Assembly: GCA_038063775.1 (NCBI GenBank)
Contig: JBBTUK010000009.1
Span: forward strand, 21,379-62,796
DNA from: Patescibacteria group bacterium
GTDB taxonomy: Bacteria; Patescibacteriota; Minisyncoccia; Moranbacterales; UBA2206
Reading direction: 5' to 3'
DNA: 41,418 nucleotides
Each line of letters starts with the position of its first letter. Within the stretch, counting starts at the first letter, position 1. Positions 22,653 to 30,254 of this stretch are shown piece after piece. Made by a program: the position numbers and the translations under genes. Under the pieces are notes generated by a model that did not search any database, was not told the DNA's origin, and saw only the letters and a program-made list of their open reading frames with translations.

Positions 22653-22681
22653 TTGACTTCCGCTAAATAGTCTGCTAAACT
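22653..22681 (+). promoter_or_regulatory. candidate promoter TTGACT-N17-TAAACT
   Basis: The -35 box begins with the right-hand TTGA flank of the element. It points into the structured region 22688-22830. Confidence 0.55.
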
Positions 22682-22687
22682 ATATTC

Positions 22688-22830
22688 AACCTAGAAAGTC
22701 CCATGATTCTCTCGCTTTGGTCCGCTGAAGTTTTAACGGAAGCGACCCTCGACCCGCCTACGCTATTGCTTCGGCGCGGTAAGATAAGAGAATATAATCC
22801 GCAAGGAGAGCTTTCTTTGGGGACTTTTTT
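22688..22830 (+). ncRNA. unclassified structured RNA candidate (~140 nt) upstream of rpsF
   Basis: A long-range closing stem pairs agaaagtccc (22693-22702) with ggggacttt (22819-22827), followed by a T6 run. An inner ctctc/gagag pairing, a GC-UUCG-GC tetraloop hairpin and a ggtccgct...agcgacc hairpin are also present. I recognise no family. Confidence 0.4.
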
Positions 22831-22836
22831 AATCCT

Positions 22837-22919
22837 ATAACCCAAAACCTGGAGCCCAAAACCTACAAAAATCTGATTTTAAAATAAATTAGGTTACGGG
22901 TTATGGGTTACGGGTTACG
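22837..22919 (+). promoter_or_regulatory. leader module: C/A-rich segment + AT spacer + 4 tandem GGTTAYG heptamers, ending 8 nt before the rpsF ATG
   Basis: ataacccaaaacctggagcccaaaacctac...ggttacgggttatgggttacgggttacg. It is homologous to the module upstream of recA (26726-26829, minus strand). Confidence 0.6.
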
Positions 22920-22927
22920 TGAATTAA

Positions 22928-23398
22928 ATGCAATACGAATTATTCTATTTGGTCGCCAGATCCAGAGAAGCGGACCTGCCAAAAATAAGAGAATCGGTTA
23001 CAAAAATCGTCACCGAGGAAGGCGGAGTTTTTGAACCGAAAGAAACGGTGGAAAAAAGAAAACTGTCTTACCAGATCAAACACGAGACTCACGGCGCCTA
23101 TATCGCGCAGAGATTTGAGCTGGAGGACACTGAAAAATTGCGAACCATAACTCGCAAGCTCAACCTTTCACCGGACATCTTGCGTTTTCTTATCAGCCGG
23201 GCGTCAGAACTTCCGGAACTCAAATCACGGGAAGAAAGAATAGAGGCCGGCGAGCGTCTGGCCAAGGAAAAAGAAAGATCCGCCGAGATTAAAAAAACCA
23301 CCGAAGAAGAAAAGAAAGCTGAACCCGCTAAAGAGAAAAAACCCGCTCCGCAAGAAGAAGACATAGATAAAAAGTTAGAAGAAATTTTAAACATTTAA
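22928..23398 (+). CDS. rpsF: 30S ribosomal protein S6 with a K/E-rich C-terminal extension
   Basis: MQYELFYLV...RKLSYQIKHETHGAYI, in the conserved S6-SSB-S18 gene order. Confidence 0.9.
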   Translation: MQYELFYLVARSREADLPKIRESVTKIVTEEGGVFEPKETVEKRKLSYQIKHETHGAYIAQRFELEDTEKLRTITRKLNLSPDILRFLISRASELPELKSREERIEAGERLAKEKERSAEIKKTTEEEKKAEPAKEKKPAPQEEDIDKKLEEILNI

Positions 23399-23407
23399 TA
23401 TAAACTT

Positions 23408-23872
23408 ATGAACGTCAACAAAGTTATCCTGGTCGGACGGCTTACGCGCGATCCGGAAATCAGAAGCACCGCATCCGGACAATCCGTAGCCTCTATCAGT
23501 CTCGCCAATAACCGCTTTTGGAAAGACAAAAATGGACAGCGGCAAGAAAAAACATCTTTTCACAATGTCGTTCTTTGGGGAAGACTCGCCGAAATCGCCG
23601 GCCAATATCTGACCAAGGGTCAGGAAGCCTACATTGAAGGCCGCCTGGAAAGCCGAAAATACGTCGCCAAAGACGGAACCAATCGCTACGTCACGGAAGT
23701 TGTCGCGGAGAATATGCAACTTGGATCCAAGCCGCAGGGCGGCGGATCATTTTCTCCTGGCGCTTCTTCCCCAGCCGCGCCGTCCGCTCCGGCCGTAGCC
23801 GCTGAAGAAATTCCAACCATAAACTTGGACGAAGAACCGGACGAAGTAAAAATAGAAGATGTGCCGTTTTAA
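23408..23872 (+). CDS. ssb: single-stranded DNA-binding protein
   Basis: MNVNKVILVGRLTRDPEIR... (OB fold), a Gly/Pro/Ala-rich linker, and an acidic tip ending DVPF. Confidence 0.93.
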   Translation: MNVNKVILVGRLTRDPEIRSTASGQSVASISLANNRFWKDKNGQRQEKTSFHNVVLWGRLAEIAGQYLTKGQEAYIEGRLESRKYVAKDGTNRYVTEVVAENMQLGSKPQGGGSFSPGASSPAAPSAPAVAAEEIPTINLDEEPDEVKIEDVPF

Positions 23873-23970
23873 TGATTTAAATCGCTAATCAACGCGAATT
23901 TACTCGCTAATTATCACGAATTAGAGATTATTCGAGAATAAATTAGAGTAGATTCGAGATTCATATCATC

Positions 23971-24207
23971 ATGAATTACAAAAATAATACCATAGCAAAA
24001 CCCGAAAAAAAATCTTGTTTCTTTTGCCAAAGCAAAATAGATAAGATTGATTACAAGGACGCTTATCTTATCCGCCGATTTATGAATTCGCAGGGAAAAA
24101 TTTACCCGCCGAAAAGGCATGGAACCTGCTCTAAGCACCAGAGAATCCTGTCCAACGCCATCAAAAAAGCCCGCGTCATGGCGCTGGTTCCTTTCGTTGT
24201 TAAATAA
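23971..24207 (+). CDS. rpsR: 30S ribosomal protein S18
   Basis: 78 aa: CFFCQSKIDKIDYKDAYLIRRFMNSQGKIYPPKRHGTCSKHQR. Confidence 0.92.
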   Translation: MNYKNNTIAKPEKKSCFFCQSKIDKIDYKDAYLIRRFMNSQGKIYPPKRHGTCSKHQRILSNAIKKARVMALVPFVVK

Positions 24208-24296
24208 ACCATGTGGCGTATAGCATAAAGCATGTAACATTTTAGTTGCAAATGTTTTATGTTGTATGCTTAAGATTACAGAAAAATATGTTAAAC

Positions 24297-24845
24297 ATGG
24301 CCGACATTAAGTCAGGAAAAAATATCGTTTGGGAAGAAATTCCCTACGCTGTTCTCTACCACGAACATTCCAAAACCGGCCGGGCCGGTGCCGTTTTGCG
24401 CACCCGCCTCAAAAATCTGCTGACGGGAAATGTGTTGGAAAAAACTTTCCAGGGCTCGGAAAAAGTTTATGAGGCCGACATCACAAAGTCTAAGGCTCAG
24501 TATTTATACAAAGAAAACCAGGGCTTTGCTTTTATGGATATGGAATCTTATGAACAGTTCACTCTTTCTGCCGAAAGTCTGGGCGTGGCGGTAAATTATT
24601 TGATTGAAGGAACGGAAGTGACGGTGCTCAATTACAACGGCAACGCCATAAACATAGAGTTGCCGATCAAGATAAAACTGAAAGTCATCGAAGCTCCTCC
24701 CGGCGTCAAAGGCAACACGGTTTCCACCGGCGGCAAGATGGTCACGCTCGAAACGGGGCTCAAAATCTCCACGCCGCTTTTTGTGAATGAGGGGGATGAA
24801 ATAATCGTCAATACGGAGAAGGGCGAATACGTCAGCCGGGCGTAA
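24297..24845 (+). CDS. efp: elongation factor P
   Basis: Contains KTGRAGAVLRTRLKNLLTG and ...KGNTVSTGGKMVTLETG. I chose the start at ATG 24297 (MADIKSGK); 24288 is an alternative. The ORF-track start at 24246 adds an unsupported hydrophobic extension. Confidence 0.88.
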   Translation: MADIKSGKNIVWEEIPYAVLYHEHSKTGRAGAVLRTRLKNLLTGNVLEKTFQGSEKVYEADITKSKAQYLYKENQGFAFMDMESYEQFTLSAESLGVAVNYLIEGTEVTVLNYNGNAINIELPIKIKLKVIEAPPGVKGNTVSTGGKMVTLETGLKISTPLFVNEGDEIIVNTEKGEYVSRA

Positions 24846-24851
24846 CTTATT

Positions 24852-24887
24852 CTATCCACTTTCTTTTCTGTAAAAGAAAGTGGATAG
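24852..24887. repeat. perfect 16-bp-stem hairpin just after efp
   Basis: ctatccactttctttt-ctgt-aaaagaaagtggatag. The half-site aaagaaagtggata recurs as a direct repeat at 25133-25146. Confidence 0.7.
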
Positions 24888-24917
24888 AAAGAAACTGCCG
24901 CACCGGCTCGTGCTTGT

Positions 24918-25043
24918 GGCAAATTCTTTCCGCGGACTCGCTAAAATCACTAAAACGACGTCGCTCCGGAAAGGGGATGAGTGATTTTTGCGCTCGTCCG
25001 CTGGAATTTGCCTACGCACATTCGCTATGTGCGGGTTTTTTTA
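24918..25043 (+). ncRNA. unclassified rod-like structured RNA candidate with an intrinsic terminator
   Basis: A nested helix of about 95 nt: ggcaaattc/gaatttgcc (24918-26 with 25004-12), gcggac/gtccgc, aaaatcact/agtgatttt, and an apical ctcc-ggaaa-gggg. It is followed by the terminator cgcacat-tcgct-atgtgcg + T7 (25015-25043). Confidence 0.45.
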
Positions 25044-25161
25044 TTTAAACCAACATACCGTTTCAGCCTTGCAAAATGCGATGCTGAAAATTCAAGCGAG
25101 TGAGCGTTAAAAAAGATAAAACCTTTGTTGTCAAAGAAAGTGGATAAAATATTACAAACTT

Positions 25162-25183
25162 AAAAACCCCGTAAGGGGTTTTT
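25162..25183. terminator. bidirectional intrinsic terminator
   Basis: aaaaacccc-gtaa-ggggttttt. Confidence 0.7.
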
Positions 25184-25200
25184 AAGAAGATTTGTATTTA

Positions 25201-25304
25201 CCCCTACACCAACTTTTACAAAACAAGATAGAAGGTAGGAATTTTATAAAGAGATTTGTTCGCTTTATGATTTGCGGATTGCGTTGTAAAAGTTGGTGTG
25301 GGGG
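25201..25304. repeat. palindromic MITE-like element, subfamily C (104 bp), flanked by TTTA/TTTA
   Basis: Arms cccctacaccaacttttacaa ... ttgtaaaagttggtgtggggg match at 20 of 21 positions. The TTTA flanks are at 25197-25200 and 25305-25308. The arm resembles the GIY-YIG element inverted repeat (CCCC.CAC.AACTTT). Confidence 0.75.
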
Positions 25305-25311
25305 TTTAGTT

Positions 25312-25455
25312 TTAGAAAAGTCCCAAGTTTGAGAAAAGCGTGAGCGTCATCAGAGGCATCAGCGCCACCAGAATTTCTATCCCGGTCTGTTCGGCTTGTT
25401 TGGCCTCCTGTTCTCTCTTTTCGCACTCCGGACATTCGTGCTTTGGCTCATCCAT
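25312..25455 (-). CDS. 47-aa protein with a CPEC motif and C-terminal TM helix, unknown function
   Basis: MDEPKHECPECEKREQEAKQAEQTGIEILVALMPLMTLTLFSNLGLF. The ORF-track start at 25542 lies inside the promoter -10 box, so I trimmed it to ATG 25455. Confidence 0.45.
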   Translation of the reverse strand: MDEPKHECPECEKREQEAKQAEQTGIEILVALMPLMTLTLFSNLGLF

Positions 25456-25540
25456 ATTTTTGTGTTTCCCCGCCAAGGCGGGGTAATTAATAATTAAAAA
25501 GAAAAAACGGGCATTCACCCGCTTTTTACTTTGTATACCC

Positions 25541-25569
25541 ATTATACACTATTTTCACCCTCAAGTCAA
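25541..25569 (-). promoter_or_regulatory. near-consensus promoter TTGACT-N17-TATAAT
   Basis: The minus strand reads TTGACTtgagggtgaaaatagtgTATAAT. The TTGA of the -35 box is the flank repeat of element 25570-25704. Confidence 0.65.
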
Positions 25570-25704
25570 CCCCGTAGTAGATTTTCGGCTCTTGCAAAGA
25601 TGTTAAGCTGCAGCTGACAGATATACTGCAAGGTAAAATATTTTATAATTTTTGTGGTATTTTTTAAGTCCCACTGGCGGGACGGCCGAAAATTCACTAC
25701 GGGG
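25570..25704 (-). repeat. palindromic MITE-like element, subfamily B long form (135 bp), flanked by TCAA/TCAA
   Basis: Arms are ccccgtagtagattttcggc ... ggccgaaaattcactacgggg, with an internal hairpin gtccc...gggac next to the GTGA arm. The right flank lies 2 nt from the recA stop. Confidence 0.8.
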
Positions 25705-25710
25705 TCAAGT

Positions 25711-26715
25711 CTACGCCGCCGCTTCTTCTGCTTCGCTGACCTTTTTGAAAATTTCGGTAGAAATTTCCTTCATTAATTTCGGATCAGTTTTGAGCGCCAC
25801 TTTGGCAACTTCTCTACCAACGCCTAATTTTATTTCTTTGAATGCATACGAGTTTCCTTTTTTCTCAATCACTTCATATTTTACTCCTGTGTCCAACAAG
25901 TCTCCCGAGGCGGAAATCCCTTCGTTATACATTATGTCGACTTCGGTCGTCTTGAACGGCGGCGCGACTTTGTTTTTGACGATCTTCACTTTCACGCGAT
26001 TGCCGACGATATCTTCCCCTTTTTTTATCTGCGCGGCGCGGCGCACTTCGATCCTGACGGATGAATAAAATTTGAGCGCGTTTCCGCCGGTAGTCGTTTC
26101 CGGGTTGCCAAAGACCACTCCGATTTTCATTCTGATCTGGTTGATGAAAATTACCGTGCAGTTCGCTTTGGCCACGATCGCCGTGAGCTTGCGAAGAGCC
26201 TGCGACATAAGCCGAGCTTGCCGCCCCATATGCGAATCTCCCATTTCGCCTTCAATTTCAGCTTTCGGCACGAGCGCCGCCACCGAGTCCACAACAATGA
26301 TACTGATTGCTCCCGAGTTGACCAAAGTTTCCACAATATCCAAAGCCTGTTCGCCGTTATCCGGCTGGGAAATCAAAAGATTATTGATTGACACGCCAAT
26401 TTTTTTCGCGTATTCCGGATCCAAAGCGTGTTCCGCGTCAATGAAAGCGGCAACACCTTTGGCTTTTTGGGCGTTGGCGATGATGTGGAGAGTTAGTGTT
26501 GTTTTACCGGAAGATTCCGGACCGTATACTTCAATCACCCTGCCGCGGGGAATGCCCCCGATGCCCAGCGCGATGTCCAAAGAGATCGAGCCGGTTGGAA
26601 TTGATTCCACATTGACCCTTTTCACCTCTCCCAGCTTCATAATCACGCCTTCACCGAACTTTTCTTTTATTTGATCCATCACGGTATCGATATTTTTTAC
26701 GCTTTCTTCTTTCAT
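25711..26715 (-). CDS. recA: recombinase RecA
   Basis: 334 aa: [17 protein letters not shown] (Walker A), [19 protein letters not shown]. Confidence 0.95.
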   Translation of the reverse strand: MKEESVKNIDTVMDQIKEKFGEGVIMKLGEVKRVNVESIPTGSISLDIALGIGGIPRGRVIEVYGPESSGKTTLTLHIIANAQKAKGVAAFIDAEHALDPEYAKKIGVSINNLLISQPDNGEQALDIVETLVNSGAISIIVVDSVAALVPKAEIEGEMGDSHMGRQARLMSQALRKLTAIVAKANCTVIFINQIRMKIGVVFGNPETTTGGNALKFYSSVRIEVRRAAQIKKGEDIVGNRVKVKIVKNKVAPPFKTTEVDIMYNEGISASGDLLDTGVKYEVIEKKGNSYAFKEIKLGVGREVAKVALKTDPKLMKEISTEIFKKVSEAEEAAA

Positions 26716-26725
26716 AATAAATTTT

Positions 26726-26829
26726 CTGTAACCTGTAACCTGTAACCTGTAACCTGTAACCTGTAACTTAAAATATATAAAATTTAGATTTAAGAGGTTT
26801 TGGTTTTCAGGTTATAGATTGTGGGTTAT
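26726..26829 (-). promoter_or_regulatory. leader module: C/A-rich segment + AT spacer + 6 tandem heptamers (GTTACAG on the coding strand), ending 10 nt before the recA ATG
   Basis: The plus strand carries (ctgtaac)x6 at 26726-26767. The minus strand reads ataacccacaatctataacctgaaaaccaaaacctc...(gttacag)6 aaaatttatt ATG. A TGaTATAAT extended -10 lies at 26844-26852 on the minus strand. Confidence 0.6.
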
Positions 26830-26868
26830 GAGATTATGATGATATTATATCACTAATACCGATTTAGT

Positions 26869-27864
26869 CTAGTAGCTGGTGTCGGGAGTAAATATAACGC
26901 CCCGGATCGGGCTAGGATCATTCCCTAAGGTTCCGATGTCCTTGCCGTTGAATTTTACAAAGGTGGCGTTGCCTTTTCCGGAATTTATGCTAATTTTTCT
27001 CGTCGCGCTGAATTTTTGCGTCGCTCCCGACAGCATGGTTCCGTTAAAAACCAGATTTCCATCCGCTTCGACATTTACCCAAACCGGGCCAGGATCAACT
27101 TTGAGCTCAATCTCGATTTCTTTTTGCGGGCTGACATTTTCTATTTTGGCCTTCTCCGAATTGTTCTCCTCGCTCTCGTTCTGGTAATTTGACTGGACTG
27201 TCAGAGTTTGGATGGTTTCTTTTTCAAATCTGTTTACCGCCTTAACATTGATAAAATTATTTCCTGCTTGCAAGGTTAGGTCCTCCCTGAATTTTCCTTC
27301 ATCGTTTACCAGTATTGGCTGGTCATTTATGTAAAGGTTGGCGTCTTTTTCGGTCCTTCCCTCCACCAAGACAGAGTTGCCGGAAATAAACGCATTTTGC
27401 TCCGGACTTAACACCACCAGGCTGGGGGCGCTGGCGAAAGAGCCAACTTCTTTATAGAGATAAAAAAAACCCCCTAATGTTAGCAGGGTTATGATGCTTA
27501 TCGTGATTATTTTGGGCGTCAAGACAAAGGGGTTTATCCTTAACGGCTTGGCGCGTTCCTGGTTTTGTTCGCCGTTTTTGTTTTTCTCCAAATTATCTTT
27601 AATCCCTTTTTCTTTCTCGTATAATCTGACTAAAATATTGGTGTCGATGCCTAAAAAATCGGCGTAATTTTTGAGAAAGCCCCGCGTATAAACATCCACC
27701 GGTAATTTTTCATACCGGCCATCTTCTAAATATTCCAAATATTTGATCTGGATTCTGGTGTGCTTGGAAACTTCGCTTAAACTTATCCGCCTGTCACTTC
27801 TTAATTTTTTAAGTTTTTCTCCCAGCGTCAGAGTCCCGATGCTTTTTTTGATAAATCCGTTCAT
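26869..27864 (-). CDS. RodZ-like protein (XRE-type HTH + TM + DUF4115-like C-terminal domain)
   Basis: LGEKLKKLRSDRRISLSEVSKHTRIQIKYLEYLEDGRY, one TM helix, and a C-terminal VWVNVEADGNLVFNGTMLSGATQKF. I trimmed the start to ATG 27864 to avoid overlapping ftsK. Confidence 0.75.
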   Translation of the reverse strand: MNGFIKKSIGTLTLGEKLKKLRSDRRISLSEVSKHTRIQIKYLEYLEDGRYEKLPVDVYTRGFLKNYADFLGIDTNILVRLYEKEKGIKDNLEKNKNGEQNQERAKPLRINPFVLTPKIITISIITLLTLGGFFYLYKEVGSFASAPSLVVLSPEQNAFISGNSVLVEGRTEKDANLYINDQPILVNDEGKFREDLTLQAGNNFINVKAVNRFEKETIQTLTVQSNYQNESEENNSEKAKIENVSPQKEIEIELKVDPGPVWVNVEADGNLVFNGTMLSGATQKFSATRKISINSGKGNATFVKFNGKDIGTLGNDPSPIRGVIFTPDTSY

Positions 27865-27899
27865 AAAATTCAAAAACAAAAATTCAAAATTATTGCCTA

Positions 27900-30254
27900 C
27901 TACATCTGCCATTTGTCCCGCGCTGTCTGGTCCTGGATTGGATCCTCGTAATTCATCGCTTCCTCCGGTCCGCCGGCTGGCGGATTGGCCGCATAAACTT
28001 CTCTTGGCTTGGCTCCGTCCGCTGGGCCGATTACACCTTTTTCCTCCAGCATATCCAGGATCCTGGCCGCTTTGGGATAACCTATTTTCATCCGGCGCTG
28101 AAGCAGTGTCGCCGAGGCCTTGCCCGAACGGATCACTTCTTGTTTGGCCGCTTCATATGTGTCATTTTCTTTTTCATCGCCCTCGGCTCCCTTGAATTCC
28201 AAAGGAGAATCATACTGGGAGGAGGAAATTATTTTTTCGCTGATTTCTTTTTGTTCCTCCTTTTGGTCAAGCAAAAATTTAACCACCTTTTTTACCTCTG
28301 CTTCAGTAACAAAAGCACCTTGGATCCTTTTGGGCTTGGAAGAATTGGTTGAAACATAAAGCATATCGCCGTTGCCTAACAGCTTTTCCGCTCCGGCCAT
28401 ATCAAAAATTGTCCGAGAATCAATTTGGGAGCCGACTTGAAATGCGATTCGATTGGTGATATTGGCTTTGATAAGGCCGGTTATTACTCTGACTTCCGGA
28501 CGCTGGGTGGAAACAATCAGGTGGATCCCGACAGCTCTGGCTAGTTGCGCCAGCCTGACGATAGCGCCTTCCACTTCTTTGCCATGGCTTGCCATCAAAT
28601 CGGCCATCTCGTCAATGACAATTACGATATGCGGAATTTTTTCCAATTCTTCTTCCATTATCTCGCCCGATTCGAGATCGGTATATTTCCTTTTTTGTCC
28701 GGCGGCGACTTGCAGATTATACGAGGCTATGTCCCGGGAGGAAATATCCTGCATCAACCGGAATCTTCTCTCCATTTCTCCGACCGCCCACTTAAGAACA
28801 GTGACTACTTTACTGCTGTCGGTTATCACATCCGCCAAAAGATGGGGTATTTTGTTATAGAGAGAAAGCTCCACGCGTTTGGGATCCACCATTATAAATT
28901 TCAAATCTTTCGGAGAATTTTGATAAAGAAGAGAGGTAATGATGGAATTTATGCAAACCGATTTACCTTTTCCGGTGGCTCCGGCAATCATCAGGTGGGG
29001 CATTTTCCCCAGATCTTCCACTATATAATTTCCGCTGATATCCTTGCCCAAAGCCATAGAAAGTTTTGATTTCTTCTGAGCAAACTCTCGGCTGTCCAGA
29101 ATATCCCGCAAATTAACATTGGTGGTTTTCCGATTGGGAATTTCTATGCCGATCAGCGGCTTTCCAGGTATCGGCGCTTCTATCCTTATGGAACGGGCGG
29201 CCAAGGCAAGTGCGAGATCATTTTGCAAAGCCAGAATCCGGGAAATTTTAACTCCGACCGCTGGACGAAAAGTATATTGAGTAACCGATGGACCGACTGT
29301 TATTTCACCCGGCTCGACTCCGATGCCGAAATCTTTTAATTTTCTGATTATGATTGCCACCGTCCTGTCTTTGTCCCCTGGATCAGCTTCGCCAGCCGAC
29401 CTGTCCAAGAGGTCTACGGGCGGGAACTGCCATTCTCCATCGTCGCCCCTTAGATCATCCGACGTTATATTTCTGATAGTTTTTCTGGAAAATGTTTTCT
29501 TTATGGAATCCACGCTGCTAGAAAGTTTTTTGAATAGTTTTGCATCCACAAACCGGTCCGCCCCCTCGACAAATTCGATATTTTCGATATTTTCATCCGC
29601 TTCTATTTTCGCGGCCGGAAAATCTTCGTCCGGATTTTCCACTACGCTTTCTGCTAGAATATCTTCTGGCTCGTCGTCGGCAAATAAAGGTCCTTCTTTT
29701 TCTTTGAGTTCTTTTAATTTATGGAGAAAACGGACAATGGGAAAATTGAGAGAGACTACGACACCCACTAAAAATAAAGCCAGAATCACTACCAATCCTC
29801 CGGCTTTTTCCAGATACCCGACCGCGCCGTAAGCCACCGCAAAACCGACATAACCTCCGCCGGAACCCGCCAGCGCCGCCTCTTTCATGTTCTCAATATC
29901 ATAAAACCAGTGGAAAAATCCGGCCAAGCTTACAAGAGCGACCAGAAGCCCGGCCAATTTGGATATATAAAAAGCAGGCTCCTTCCGAAGCAGTAAAACA
30001 ATTCCCGCGATCGCCAAAAAGACCGGAAAAATGAATTTTGCCCAGCCGATTAGCGTACCGGTAATTTTATTCAAGAATTCGCCCGCCGGTCCGGCTTTCC
30101 CAAAAAATCCCAGCAAAATTAAAAGCGCCAAAGCGAATAAAAAAATAGCCGAAACGCTTCTTTTGATGTCACTGTTGGTGCTACTTTTCGGTTTATCGTT
30201 TTTTTCTTCGTTGGAATTGTTATTTCCGCCTCTCGTGGATTTTTTTTTGCCCAT
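27900..30254 (-). CDS. ftsK: DNA translocase FtsK/SpoIIIE
   Basis: 784 aa with N-terminal TM helices, the motor-domain Walker A GATGKGKSV, and a C-terminal winged-helix gamma domain (ASATLLQRRMKIGYPKAARILDMLEEKGVIGP). Confidence 0.93.
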   Translation of the reverse strand: MGKKKSTRGGNNNSNEEKNDKPKSSTNSDIKRSVSAIFLFALALLILLGFFGKAGPAGEFLNKITGTLIGWAKFIFPVFLAIAGIVLLLRKEPAFYISKLAGLLVALVSLAGFFHWFYDIENMKEAALAGSGGGYVGFAVAYGAVGYLEKAGGLVVILALFLVGVVVSLNFPIVRFLHKLKELKEKEGPLFADDEPEDILAESVVENPDEDFPAAKIEADENIENIEFVEGADRFVDAKLFKKLSSSVDSIKKTFSRKTIRNITSDDLRGDDGEWQFPPVDLLDRSAGEADPGDKDRTVAIIIRKLKDFGIGVEPGEITVGPSVTQYTFRPAVGVKISRILALQNDLALALAARSIRIEAPIPGKPLIGIEIPNRKTTNVNLRDILDSREFAQKKSKLSMALGKDISGNYIVEDLGKMPHLMIAGATGKGKSVCINSIITSLLYQNSPKDLKFIMVDPKRVELSLYNKIPHLLADVITDSSKVVTVLKWAVGEMERRFRLMQDISSRDIASYNLQVAAGQKRKYTDLESGEIMEEELEKIPHIVIVIDEMADLMASHGKEVEGAIVRLAQLARAVGIHLIVSTQRPEVRVITGLIKANITNRIAFQVGSQIDSRTIFDMAGAEKLLGNGDMLYVSTNSSKPKRIQGAFVTEAEVKKVVKFLLDQKEEQKEISEKIISSSQYDSPLEFKGAEGDEKENDTYEAAKQEVIRSGKASATLLQRRMKIGYPKAARILDMLEEKGVIGPADGAKPREVYAANPPAGGPEEAMNYEDPIQDQTARDKWQM

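Noticed and set aside
23881-23970. Short direct repeats (attagagattattcgagaat / attagagtagattcgagatt and cgctaat/cgcgaat variants) upstream of rpsR
   Set aside because: There are only two imperfect ~20-nt copies in AT-rich spacer DNA. No structure or known S18 leader features are recognisable. I noted them but did not call them.
24918-25012. The rod-like hairpin considered as SRP (4.5S) RNA
   Set aside because: The apex reads cucc-GGAAA-gggg and lacks the conserved GGAA tetraloop flanked by the GGAAGCAG/AGG symmetric-loop signature. The strands of the apical region are very unequal in length.
26726-26767. Heptamer arrays considered as a possible CRISPR array
   Set aside because: The units are 7 bp with no spacers, the arrays span only 28-42 bp, and no cas genes are present. 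This is a tandem microrepeat or operator-like array, not a CRISPR.
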